From: an uncultured Bacilli bacterium
GTDB taxonomy: Bacteria > Bacillota_I > Bacilli_A > RF39 > UBA660
NCBI GenBank assembly: GCA_963931305.1
Contig: OZ006994.1
Coordinates: 218,955-282,954 of the forward strand
DNA length: 64,000 nt
Reading direction: 5' to 3'
The position numbers and the translations under genes are program-made. Positions 19,737 to 29,090 of the stretch are shown in pieces; positions within the stretch are counted from its first letter, which is position 1; each line of letters opens with the position of its first letter. The notes under the pieces were generated by a model that was given only the letters and a program-made list of their open reading frames with translations, was not told the origin of the DNA and made no database searches.

Positions 19737-20771
19737 GTGTCACAGAACTTGAAAACAGAAAAGAAAAAAGTCAGCAGTGTACTTAACATTATTTTGTTAG
19801 TTGCTGTGACAGGATTAGTATTATATTTCTCATTAAAAGATAATTACCAAATGATTTTACATGAAATATTTACTATGAATATTTGGTGGTTACTGATTGG
19901 TATTTTATTAGTCCTTGGTTGTTATTATTTAAGAAGTGTTTCACTTCATGTTATAATACGTAAATTTTCTAAGAAATATAGTTTTAAAAAAGCATTTAAA
20001 TTGACACTTACGACACAATTTTTAAATGGCGTAACACCATTTGCAACCGGTGGACAACCATTTCAAGTTTATATTTTAAAAAAAGATGGTATTCGTATTG
20101 GTGATGGTACTAATATTATTATGCAGAATTTTATTGTTTATCAAATTGCTTTAGTATTATTAGGAGTTCTTGCTATTAGTTATAACTTTTTCTTTCATAT
20201 TTTTAAAGCATCAGGACTACTACGTGATTTAACAACGATTGGATTTATTATTAATACGTTAGTAACAGTTGGATTATTTGTCATTGCTTTCGCTAAAACA
20301 TTTAATCGTTTCATCATTCGTAAAACTGTATCTTTCTTGTATCGTTTACATATGATTAAAAATAAAGAAACAGTTATGGATAAAATGAGCGATTCAATTG
20401 AAAATTTTCACGATGGAGCTAAATTATTAATGAAAGATAAAAAGAATTTTATTTATAATATTTTCTTAAATTTTTTATCATTAATTTGTCTTTATTTAGT
20501 ACCTCTTACCATTGCTTATGGTATGGGAGTGACAAATGCCTTTACTGGGGTAGAATCCGTTGTTGCAAGTGCTTATGTAATGTTAATTGGAGCCTTTGTA
20601 CCAATTCCTGGAGGTACAGGAGGATTAGAATATAGTTATATGGCATTTTACGGAAACTTTATTAAAGGTAGTGTTTTAAATGCAAGTATGATTATGTGGA
20701 GATTTCTAACATATTATCTTGGAATGATTATTGGTAGTATTACATTGAACTTAAAAGAAAGGAAGAAGTAA
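19737..20771 (+). CDS. flippase-like / lysylphosphatidylglycerol-synthase-TM-region (UPF0104) family membrane protein
   Basis: 344 aa, ~8 TM helices, architecture typical of UPF0104 proteins that pair with glycosyltransferases. Confidence 0.55.
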   Translation: MSQNLKTEKKKVSSVLNIILLVAVTGLVLYFSLKDNYQMILHEIFTMNIWWLLIGILLVLGCYYLRSVSLHVIIRKFSKKYSFKKAFKLTLTTQFLNGVTPFATGGQPFQVYILKKDGIRIGDGTNIIMQNFIVYQIALVLLGVLAISYNFFFHIFKASGLLRDLTTIGFIINTLVTVGLFVIAFAKTFNRFIIRKTVSFLYRLHMIKNKETVMDKMSDSIENFHDGAKLLMKDKKNFIYNIFLNFLSLICLYLVPLTIAYGMGVTNAFTGVESVVASAYVMLIGAFVPIPGGTGGLEYSYMAFYGNFIKGSVLNASMIMWRFLTYYLGMIIGSITLNLKERKK

Positions 20772-20772
20772 T

Positions 20773-22014
20773 ATGAGAATCGGAATTTTTACAGATACTT
20801 ATCCACCATATATTAATGGTGTATCAACAAGTATTGTCATGTTACAACATGCATTAGAAAAACTTGGACATGAAGTGTTTGTCGTAACTGTGAATCCTGA
20901 GAATATGAAATATCAATTTGATGATCATAATAAGGTAATTCGTATTCCTGGAGTACCAATTGGTATTTATGATTATCGTTTAACTGGAATATATCCATTA
21001 AGAGCCATTGAAACAATTAAAAAATGGAACTTAGATATTATTCACTCTCATACCGAATTTGGAATTGGTACGTTTGCACGTATTATGGCTAAACAATTAG
21101 ATATTCCTTTAGTTCATACTTATCATACGATGTATGAAGATTATGTTCACTATATTACAAAAGGATATTTCCAACGTTCTAGTAAAAAAATCGTAGAATA
21201 TCTTACGAAATTTTACTGTGATAAAACTGCAACAGAACTAATTGTTCCAACCAAAAAAACTTATGATTTATTTAAACAAAAATATAAGTATGATCGTAAT
21301 GTACATATTGTTCCAACAGGAATTGAAGTAGAACGTTTTTATAAAGAACAATTTAAAGAAAAAGAAATCAATGAATTAAGAAAAAAACTAGGAATTCGTT
21401 CTAATGAAGATGTTATTTTATTTGTTGGAAGATTAGGAGAAGAAAAGAATGTTAATACTTTAATTGAAGCTCATGTTAGTATTACAAGAACCAATCCTAA
21501 TACGAAATTATTAATCGTAGGAACAGGTCCAGATTTAGATCATTTTAAAGATTTAGCACGTAAATACGGTGTTACCAAAGATGTAATCTTTGCTGGTCGT
21601 GTACCTTGGGAAGAAGTCCCAAAATACTATCAAGTTGCAACCTTGTTTGCTACAGCTTCTAAAACAGAGACACAAGGACTTACTGTAATTGAAGCAATGG
21701 CTGCTAGTTTACCAGTTGTTGCATATGATGATGAAGCATTTCGTGATGTTGTGATAGATGGTTTGAATGGACATTTATTTCAGACAAAAAAAGGATATAA
21801 AGATGCAGTAAGAGATATTTTAGATCATCCTGAAACATATGAGAAAATGTGTAGACAAGCCCGTATTACAGCAGATCAACACTCATCTAAATATTTCGCA
21901 GAACAAGTATTAGATGTATACTGTACAGCTTTAAAAGGAAATCCAATTCCGAAAGATCGTACATTCTTAGGAAAAATGAAAGATGTCGCAAAGAAGGGAT
22001 TTTATGGGAAATAA
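20773..22014 (+). CDS. glycosyltransferase family 4, likely diacylglycerol glycosyltransferase (glycolipid synthase)
   Basis: GT4 N-terminus IGIFTDTYPPYINGVS and C-terminal EG/E-x7-E region (TETQGLTVIEAMA); translationally coupled to the upstream flippase-like gene. Confidence 0.8.
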   Translation: MRIGIFTDTYPPYINGVSTSIVMLQHALEKLGHEVFVVTVNPENMKYQFDDHNKVIRIPGVPIGIYDYRLTGIYPLRAIETIKKWNLDIIHSHTEFGIGTFARIMAKQLDIPLVHTYHTMYEDYVHYITKGYFQRSSKKIVEYLTKFYCDKTATELIVPTKKTYDLFKQKYKYDRNVHIVPTGIEVERFYKEQFKEKEINELRKKLGIRSNEDVILFVGRLGEEKNVNTLIEAHVSITRTNPNTKLLIVGTGPDLDHFKDLARKYGVTKDVIFAGRVPWEEVPKYYQVATLFATASKTETQGLTVIEAMAASLPVVAYDDEAFRDVVIDGLNGHLFQTKKGYKDAVRDILDHPETYEKMCRQARITADQHSSKYFAEQVLDVYCTALKGNPIPKDRTFLGKMKDVAKKGFYGK

Positions 22015-22726
22015 AAAAATATTTGCAAATCAAAAAATGTATATGACAAAAGCTGAAGTAGAAACATTTATCCAAGCATTTCATAATCAACCAATGGATC
22101 ATTTGATAATATGTCCAACAGCACTTTATCTTCCACTATTTCAACAAAGTCATTTACAACTTGGCATACAAAATATCTTTTATGAAGATACAGGTGCTTA
22201 TACAGGAGAAATATCTCCCGTACAAGCCAAAGATTATCAAGTATCTTATGCGATTATTGGACATTCAGAACGTCGTATGATTCTTCATGAAAGTAATGAA
22301 CTGTTTCAAAAAAAAGTGGATGCTTGTGTCAAACATGATATAAAACCTATCTTTTGTATTGGAGAAACAAAAGAACAATACGATATGCATAAAACCAACC
22401 AAATATTAAAAAGACAAATATTTGATGTTTTAAAAAATGTAAAAAAAGAAACATTAGAAGAACTGATCATTGCTTATGAACCTTTATGGGCAATTGGAAC
22501 AGGACTTGTTCCTAGTAATGAAGAAATCAAACGTATTACAGAGTATATTAAAAGTATCATTTATCAAACTTTCCATGTATCAGTACCAGTATTATATGGA
22601 GGAAGTGTGAATGAAAAAAATATAGAATCACTCAATCAAATTCCTAATATTGATGGATTCTTAGTAGGGGGAGCCTCTACAGATAGTAGTAAGATTTTAA
22701 AGATGTATGAAGTCGTTGTATCCTAG
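22004..22726 (+). CDS. tpiA: triosephosphate isomerase
   Basis: IGHSERR, AYEPLWAIGTG, GGSV motifs; start ATG 22004 after AAGAAGGGA RBS, overlapping the GT4 stop. Confidence 0.9.
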   Translation: MGNKKIFANQKMYMTKAEVETFIQAFHNQPMDHLIICPTALYLPLFQQSHLQLGIQNIFYEDTGAYTGEISPVQAKDYQVSYAIIGHSERRMILHESNELFQKKVDACVKHDIKPIFCIGETKEQYDMHKTNQILKRQIFDVLKNVKKETLEELIIAYEPLWAIGTGLVPSNEEIKRITEYIKSIIYQTFHVSVPVLYGGSVNEKNIESLNQIPNIDGFLVGGASTDSSKILKMYEVVVS

Positions 22727-22744
22727 CGACTTTTTTCTTGCATT

Positions 22745-22751
22745 TTCGACA
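22745..22751 (-). promoter_or_regulatory. Spo0A box (TGTCGAA) in the spo0A promoter region
   Basis: TTCGACA on + strand is TGTCGAA on the complement; a TGTGACAA variant sits 5 nt downstream; extended -10 TGTATAAT at 22805-22812. Confidence 0.4.
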
Positions 22752-22861
22752 TAATGTGACAAAACTAGAATATTCTCGCTCTAGCATATAAAATGTAGTC
22801 AGGTGTATAATAAAATCATGAGAAATAAGCAGTACGAAAAAGAGTAGAAAGAGGGATTAAA

Positions 22862-23635
22862 ATGAAAGAAATAAAAATATTAATGATTGATGACAATAAA
22901 AACTTAGTAGAAATGATTCGAGAATATTTTAAAGAACATGAGACAATTCATGTAGTAGATGTCGCCTATGATGGAAAAGAAGGATTTGATAAGATTAAAA
23001 ATAATCAAGATGCATATGATGTCATTTTACTTGATTTAATTATGCCAAATAAAGATGGTATGTATGTTTTAGAAGAGATGAAGAAACATGATATACATAA
23101 AAATGTGATTGTAGAAACTAGTTATAATGCGAGTGAAACCATTCGTCAAGTATCAGAATATGGAGTAAATTACTTTTTACTAAAACCATTTGATTTAAAA
23201 GATCTAGAAAAAAGAATTATGAATTTCTGTACTGATAAAACACTAGAAAGTAAAAACATTGATTTTTATCACAATAATTTACAAATATCTATTACTAAAA
23301 TATTACATGAATTAGGAATACCTTCTCATATTAAAGGATATCAATATATTCGTGAAGCAATTGGAATTATCTATGAACATCCAGAAGTAATCGGTGGTAT
23401 TACAAAAGAATTATATCCAGAACTAGCTAGTAAATTTGATACTACCGTATCACGTGTTGAAAGAGCGATTCGTCATGCGATAGAAGTAAGTTGGAATCGT
23501 GCTAACTGGTCACTGATGGAAGAAATATTTGGAAATAGTGTCGATATCGATAAAGCAAAACCAACCAATAGTGAATTTATTGTTACAGTTGCTGATAAAT
23601 TAAGATTAGAATCAAAAAAGATAGGGATTGCATAA
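22862..23635 (+). CDS. spo0A: stage 0 sporulation master regulator Spo0A
   Basis: Receiver domain (DDN...D-D...LDLIMP) plus the invariant Spo0A C-terminal DNA-binding domain ([14 protein letters not shown]...[31 protein letters not shown]). Confidence 0.95.
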   Translation: MKEIKILMIDDNKNLVEMIREYFKEHETIHVVDVAYDGKEGFDKIKNNQDAYDVILLDLIMPNKDGMYVLEEMKKHDIHKNVIVETSYNASETIRQVSEYGVNYFLLKPFDLKDLEKRIMNFCTDKTLESKNIDFYHNNLQISITKILHELGIPSHIKGYQYIREAIGIIYEHPEVIGGITKELYPELASKFDTTVSRVERAIRHAIEVSWNRANWSLMEEIFGNSVDIDKAKPTNSEFIVTVADKLRLESKKIGIA

Positions 23636-23663
23636 ATCTCTATTTTTATTTTTTATACAAGTT

Positions 23664-23695
23664 TGTCGAAAAATGAGGTTGATGTATGGTATAAT
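23664..23695 (+). promoter_or_regulatory. predicted Spo0A-dependent promoter: 0A box plus extended -10
   Basis: Perfect TGTCGAA at 23664-23670 in the -35 region, TGgTATAAT extended -10 at 23687-23695, ~35 nt before the 23728 ORF. Confidence 0.4.
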
Positions 23696-23727
23696 GATTA
23701 AGATTATACAGTATTAGGATGTGAAGT

Positions 23728-25104
23728 ATGAAGAATAAAAAGGAAAATAAGAAGAAAATATTATATAATGTTGTTATTATTTTTAATATATTATTTATTG
23801 TTGGATTAATTTTTTATTATGGGTATCGCTTAGCTTATTATTATAAATTAGAACATCAACCTCCAAAAGAATTAAAATACTTATCAGAAAAAATTACATC
23901 AGGAAATCAATTAGTAAACGAAGGTGATGGTCTTTATTTAGATGAAGATACAAAAACATTCTACTTTAAAGGAGTAAATGTCAATAATTATCTTTATTAT
24001 TCTGGTAATATGTGGCGTATTATAAAAGTAAATAAAGATGGTAGTATGGTACTTATATTGAATCAACCTATTATTTCTATTACTTTTGGTACAACAAGTC
24101 AATATCAATCATCATTTGTTCATAGTTATTTAAATGAAATAGAGAATCAACCATATACAGGTTTATTTGAACAAGTATTAAATCATCCTGATTCTTATTT
24201 AAAGAAAACGACAATCTGTACAGATGTGATTTCAAATGTAGAAGATATTACTTGTAAAAAAATGATTAGTCAAGATTTAGTAGGTATTCTAAACTTAAGT
24301 GATTATGAATTATCTGGAGGAAAAAATGGTTATTTAAATAATGGAGTATCTTACTATACTGCGACAAGAGATAATTATGATCGTATATATTATGTGCATA
24401 GTAAAGGTGGTGTATCACTAGCAGATGATTATAATGAACATAATTATGCTGTTAGACCAACAATTACTTTAAAATCAAACATAAAATATCTATCAGGAGA
24501 TGGAAGTGAAAATAGTCCATATTTCATTGAAGAACAAGAACAAATCTCAACAATTCAAGTAGGTAGTTATGTGAATTATAGTGGATATACATGGAAAGTA
24601 ATCTCTAAAAATGATAATACTTATAAACTTGCTACCACTACATTATTAACAGATACGACAGGACAAATATATACTAGAAATTTCGCTACAAAAACAAATG
24701 AATATAATCCAAAAACATATGGTTCTATCGCTTATTATTTAAATCATACTTGGTATCGTACTTTAGATTCTAGTTTGATAGTTGATGGGGTATGGAATAT
24801 TGGAAATTATCAAATAAATGGAGTTACAGATTATAAAAATATTTATACAAATACAGTAACCGCCAAAGTAGGTTTATTAACACTTGGAGAAATGTATTCA
24901 TTAGAATTACCAAATACATGGTTACTAACTTCTTTAAATGAAGATGATGGAATGGTTTATACGGTTCAAGAAGGGAATAAATATTTTTCTGATGTGATAG
25001 AGAATGAACATGGAATTCGTCCAGCTATTTATATTACAAATCAAGTGAAAATTATATCTGGTTCAGGAGTACTTTCTGATCCATATGTCATAGGAGGTAT
25101 GTAG
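23728..25104 (+). CDS. membrane-anchored secreted protein carrying two copies of an uncharacterised LWRI...PY-I-G module
   Basis: N-terminal TM; domain 1 ends SGDGSENSPYFIEE, domain 2 ends GIRPAIYITNQVKIISGSGVLSDPYVIGGM; NNYLYYSGNMWRIIKV motif; paralogous to the C-terminal half of the 50241 protein. Confidence 0.5.
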   Translation: MKNKKENKKKILYNVVIIFNILFIVGLIFYYGYRLAYYYKLEHQPPKELKYLSEKITSGNQLVNEGDGLYLDEDTKTFYFKGVNVNNYLYYSGNMWRIIKVNKDGSMVLILNQPIISITFGTTSQYQSSFVHSYLNEIENQPYTGLFEQVLNHPDSYLKKTTICTDVISNVEDITCKKMISQDLVGILNLSDYELSGGKNGYLNNGVSYYTATRDNYDRIYYVHSKGGVSLADDYNEHNYAVRPTITLKSNIKYLSGDGSENSPYFIEEQEQISTIQVGSYVNYSGYTWKVISKNDNTYKLATTTLLTDTTGQIYTRNFATKTNEYNPKTYGSIAYYLNHTWYRTLDSSLIVDGVWNIGNYQINGVTDYKNIYTNTVTAKVGLLTLGEMYSLELPNTWLLTSLNEDDGMVYTVQEGNKYFSDVIENEHGIRPAIYITNQVKIISGSGVLSDPYVIGGM

Positions 25105-26118
25105 ATGAGAAAAAAGAAAAAGACAGCTATCTTTTTACTAGTCATAGATACTTGTATCATCATTTGTTTCTTTCTCGCATATGGACCATTTTCTTACTTA
25201 AGAGAACTTTATATTACAACTGCTATGACAACTATGTCTCATAAATATTTAGCTCGTACGATATATACAGAAGATATGATTAATGATGTATTAGATGGAA
25301 ACTATGTAAAAGAAACGGGAGAAAGTACAAATACAAATGATATAGTAATTGGTGATATTGATGATAGTGGTGAGTATGATTCTATTTATGATGAACAAAT
25401 TTTAACAAGAGATCCTGCTCATCCAGAATATAAATTAATTCCTTTAAAAGGAAGTGGCTATCAAGGATATATGGTTGCGATATATGATCCTAGTCGTGTA
25501 GAACTTGTTATGACAAATAAATTAGGTCGTATTGGTCAATTTTTAAGAGAATTAGTAGTAGATAATCAGGCAATATTAGGAATGAATGCCAGTGGATTTG
25601 TAGATCATAATGAAATGGGAAATGGTGGAGAACCAACTGGTATTGTAATACAAGATGGTAAAGTAATTTGGGATGCTACAAAAACTGGATACTCAGGTGG
25701 AATTGCTGGCTTTACAAAAGATAATAAATTAGTACTTACCAAAGGTACAGCAGAAGAAGCAATTAAAGCAGGAGTTGAAGATGCTGTAGAATTTGGACCA
25801 TTCCTAATTGTAAATGGAAAAGCAGCAGAAATAAAAGGAAATGGTGGCTGGGGAATTGCCCCAAGAACTGTACTTGCACAACGTAAAGATGGTATTGTAT
25901 TATTTTTAGTAATTGATGGTAGACAACCTGGATATAGTTTAGGAATTAGTATGAATGAACTTACTAAACTATTACAACGATACAAAGCACATAATGCAGT
26001 AAATTTAGATGGTGGTGCCTCTAGTAGTATTGCCATCGGTAATGAGACAATTACCAAACCATGTGGTTATAGTGCAACAGGAGAAAGAAGAATCCCTAAT
26101 GCTTGGGTATTAAAATAA
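25105..26118 (+). CDS. phosphodiester glycosidase (NAGPA/DUF2233) family protein, membrane-anchored
   Basis: N-terminal TM; GPFLIVNGK, RTVLAQRKDG, LFLVIDGRQ, NLDGGASSS motifs typical of the NAGPA family. Confidence 0.55.
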   Translation: MRKKKKTAIFLLVIDTCIIICFFLAYGPFSYLRELYITTAMTTMSHKYLARTIYTEDMINDVLDGNYVKETGESTNTNDIVIGDIDDSGEYDSIYDEQILTRDPAHPEYKLIPLKGSGYQGYMVAIYDPSRVELVMTNKLGRIGQFLRELVVDNQAILGMNASGFVDHNEMGNGGEPTGIVIQDGKVIWDATKTGYSGGIAGFTKDNKLVLTKGTAEEAIKAGVEDAVEFGPFLIVNGKAAEIKGNGGWGIAPRTVLAQRKDGIVLFLVIDGRQPGYSLGISMNELTKLLQRYKAHNAVNLDGGASSSIAIGNETITKPCGYSATGERRIPNAWVLK

Positions 26119-26362
26119 AATGTCAGGTATTCCCTGATATTTTTCTTTGCAATCAGGATAAAATATGATATATATAGGTAATAAAACTCTTTCTATTAGT
26201 AGGAAATTAAAGGATTTATGTCATTGGAACTTTGATTTAAGTTGTTTTCTTTGTGGAAACAACTTTTTTAGGTTGTATCTATTTTGGCTGAAAAAGATAG
26301 AAAAATATAAAAATATTTGGTACACTAATAATGTGCTGATAATAGATAGGAGTGTATCATTA

Positions 26363-26515
26363 TGAAAAAGAATAAGAAGCATAAAACATATTTACTCATT
26401 ACGTTAATTGTAGTATGTATTTTTCTGATGTTAGGATTCGGATATGCACTTCTATCACAAAATCTAGATATTAAAGGAACAGGAACGATGCAAGATCCGT
26501 ATGTGATTGAATAAA
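26363..26515 (+). CDS. 50-codon ORF encoding an N-terminal fragment-like member of the LWRI/PY-I-G family (possible gene remnant)
   Basis: ATGAAAAAG...TAA preceded by AGGAG RBS; encodes MKKNKKHKTYLLITLIVVCIFLMLGFGYALLSQNLDIKGTGTMQDPYVIE, matching the 50241 protein N-terminus (GYAILTQQLEINGTAQI) and the family C-terminal DPYVI motif. Confidence 0.35.
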
Positions 26516-26526
26516 AAAATAAAGGC

Positions 26527-27303
26527 TTATTCGTAAGTCTTTATTTTTTGTGTTATGTTATGTTGCTGTAAGTGGTTTAATATTCTTTTTAAATATTGAT
26601 TTCTTTGTTTTTTCCACTTAAAGTCATTGTGTAGAATCGATAGTTTATTATCTAATAGATTTGCTTGATTTAATAAAATATAAGCCTCTTGGTATGCTTT
26701 ACGATATGAATCGTGAGATTCAATATTAGTCTCATCGGTTCTTCTTGATAATGCTTCATTCATATGTTTTTGTGTTCTCATAACTAATAAGAAATATTCA
26801 TCTTCATTTTGATGAATTCTTTGATAAACCATTTTTGCTTTTTGCTCTTTTGTTAATGTGAGAAGTTTTTCATTTGAAAATACATCTGGATCTCTATCTT
26901 GTGCTACAACACCTTTTTTTATAAAATAACGAACAATAGAAGATTTTCCTGTTCCTTTTGCTCCTTCTACTACAATTCTAAAAGGTGGTATATTTTCTAA
27001 AATAGATTCACTTGATTGATAATATTCATGGTTTGTTACTTCAATGAGTCCTTTTTTATTGGTATTTCTTGTTTGTTTTGGAATAAAAGTACTTAGGTCA
27101 TTTGTTTCACTTGTAACAGTAACAAGGACTAAATGGTGTGGTAATTTATAGTAATCTACCATGATGTTTTTATCATCATCTAAAAAGAAATAACGATTAT
27201 AATCTTCATATTCTTCCATTTTTATATATTGAATGGTTTTTAAATAGCTGTCAATTCCTCCAGAACATCCTATTCTGGTTGCAACATATTTTTTTTGATA
27301 CAT
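26527..27303 (-). CDS. hypothetical protein with an N-terminal PP-loop-like SGGIDS motif and a central Walker A P-loop (predicted nucleotide kinase/NTPase)
   Basis: ATRIGCSGGIDSYL near the N-terminus; VVEGAKGTGKSS Walker A at ~residue 113; 258 aa. Confidence 0.45.
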   Translation of the reverse strand: MYQKKYVATRIGCSGGIDSYLKTIQYIKMEEYEDYNRYFFLDDDKNIMVDYYKLPHHLVLVTVTSETNDLSTFIPKQTRNTNKKGLIEVTNHEYYQSSESILENIPPFRIVVEGAKGTGKSSIVRYFIKKGVVAQDRDPDVFSNEKLLTLTKEQKAKMVYQRIHQNEDEYFLLVMRTQKHMNEALSRRTDETNIESHDSYRKAYQEAYILLNQANLLDNKLSILHNDFKWKKQRNQYLKRILNHLQQHNITQKIKTYE

Positions 27304-27389
27304 ATGTTATTCCCCCTTTTTGCACATAGTATTCTAATCAAAATGGCGTTTTTTGTCAAATTGAGGTATAATGAATTTGAGGTGATTGT

Positions 27390-27947
27390 GTGAAAAAAAT
27401 TGTATTTGCAACTACGAATCAGTTAAAGTTGGATATGGCCAGATATGTATTAGAGCTACTTGGTTTTGAAGTAATCGGACAGAAGATGAAGAATTTACCA
27501 GAAATTCAAGCAGAATCAATTGAAGAAGTAGCGATTTATTCATCTCAATATGCGCATCGTGAATTAAAGTGTGCGATTTTAAAGAATGATTCAGGATTAG
27601 TAATTCCTGCTTTAAATGATTTTCCCTCTCTTTATAGTAATTATGTAGAAAAAACGTTAGGAGAAGATGGTATTTTAAAATTGATGGAAGGAATAGAGGA
27701 TCGAAGAGCTTATTTTTTAGATGTATTAGCTTATACAGATGAAGAAGGTAATACAAAAACATTTGAATCAAAGTCATGGGGTACGATATCTAAAAATAAA
27801 GAAGGTAATATGGGAATAGGGTATGATTTTATTTTTATTCCTGATGGACAAGAACATACTCTAGCTTGTTTTACAGATGAAGAGAAATTACCACTCTTTA
27901 ATTGTGATGCATATTCTAAATTAGGAGAATGGTTAAAAGAGAAATAA
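27390..27947 (+). CDS. Ham1/RdgB-family non-canonical purine NTP pyrophosphatase-like protein (divergent)
   Basis: KIVFATTNQLK (TxNxxK), DSGL catalytic motif, GYDFIFIPDGQEHTLACFTDEEK (RdgB GYDPIF...T.AE...EEK); GTG start after GAGGTGA. Confidence 0.6.
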   Translation: MKKIVFATTNQLKLDMARYVLELLGFEVIGQKMKNLPEIQAESIEEVAIYSSQYAHRELKCAILKNDSGLVIPALNDFPSLYSNYVEKTLGEDGILKLMEGIEDRRAYFLDVLAYTDEEGNTKTFESKSWGTISKNKEGNMGIGYDFIFIPDGQEHTLACFTDEEKLPLFNCDAYSKLGEWLKEK

Positions 27948-27956
27948 CAATGTCTG

Positions 27957-28298
27957 TTATTTCTCTTTTTGAATCCATGTCATAATGATATTTATAATAT
28001 ATTCTTGTTCTTGTGGTGTTAATGGATGTCCTTTTTTGATATGATGCCATTTTTCTAAACATCCTCTACAACATGTTGCAGTAGCATGCTGTGCGATAAA
28101 TACAGGATGTCCTTTCATGGGTGTTTGTTTTCCATCATTTGGAATGACTGCCGGAGCTAGTCTTTTTTTAATAAAGTCTCTGGCATGACTTTCGATGGTA
28201 TCCATTCCTTTTTCTTGGATATATCTTTTTTCTTTCTCATGGAGATGCCATTTACTACGAAATTTTGATTTTTCTAATCGATACCAAATATCGTTCAT
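27957..28298 (-). CDS. DUF4186 family protein
   Basis: SKFRSKWHLHEKEKRYIQEKGMDTI...FIAQHATATCCRGCLEKWH matches my recollection of the conserved DUF4186 core. Confidence 0.6.
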   Translation of the reverse strand: MNDIWYRLEKSKFRSKWHLHEKEKRYIQEKGMDTIESHARDFIKKRLAPAVIPNDGKQTPMKGHPVFIAQHATATCCRGCLEKWHHIKKGHPLTPQEQEYIINIIMTWIQKEK

Positions 28299-28417
28299 AT
28301 TACCACCTTTTACATTATAACATTTTCTTGGTAATTTTTTCTATTTGTGGTATCATATAACGTACGTTTATTGATATCAAGGGGAATTTATATTATAATG
28401 AAAAGAGGTGAAATTAA

Positions 28418-29065
28418 ATGTCACAAAAACCACATGATTACTATAAAAGATGGTATGAAGCATATGCCAAAATGTTTGTGGAAAATATTTATAATAAATC
28501 ATGGAAAAATTGTTTTTCTATGCAAGAGCAACCAGATTTACAAAGTGAAACATTAAATATTGGAATTGAAGTAACTAGCTCTCTGGATTTCAATATGCAT
28601 CGTATTCAACATGAATTTAATAAGTATGTTGATAATGTGCGTTCAGAAGAAACATTAGAAAAAATAGTAAAGAAGACAAGTCCAGACGCAATTTTTCAAA
28701 CGAAACCATTAGCAGTTGGTTTGCATTGGAATCATGATATACAAGATATTAATGGCTTAATTAGTATTATAGAAGATAAAACATCAAAAAAACTTCCATA
28801 TTATAGACATTATGAAAAAAATATGTTATATATTTTTACACAAAATAGCTTCTTTGGTAAATCGGATATTAAAAGAGTATGGAAAGAATTAAAAAATAGA
28901 TTTCACAATAACTCTTTAAAATATGATTTTTATTTTATTGATTGTATAGAGAAAGTTTTTACATTAAATACAGAAGATGGAAATATAGTTGAATATAATG
29001 TTTCGCAAGACGAAATGAATAAATTGAATGAAGAAGCTAAGCAAATCGCAATGGAATATAATTAA
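28418..29065 (+). CDS. hypothetical protein
   Basis: 215-aa ORF with AAGAGGTG RBS; no recognisable motif. Confidence 0.4.
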   Translation: MSQKPHDYYKRWYEAYAKMFVENIYNKSWKNCFSMQEQPDLQSETLNIGIEVTSSLDFNMHRIQHEFNKYVDNVRSEETLEKIVKKTSPDAIFQTKPLAVGLHWNHDIQDINGLISIIEDKTSKKLPYYRHYEKNMLYIFTQNSFFGKSDIKRVWKELKNRFHNNSLKYDFYFIDCIEKVFTLNTEDGNIVEYNVSQDEMNKLNEEAKQIAMEYN

Positions 29066-29090
29066 TTTGAAAATGAAAAGAGGTGGTTTT

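Noticed and set aside
26165-26365. 66-aa ORF in the intergenic region after the phosphodiester glycosidase gene
   Set aside because: No RBS and an implausible Cys/Phe/Leu-rich translation; the better-supported small ORF is 26363-26515 in another frame.
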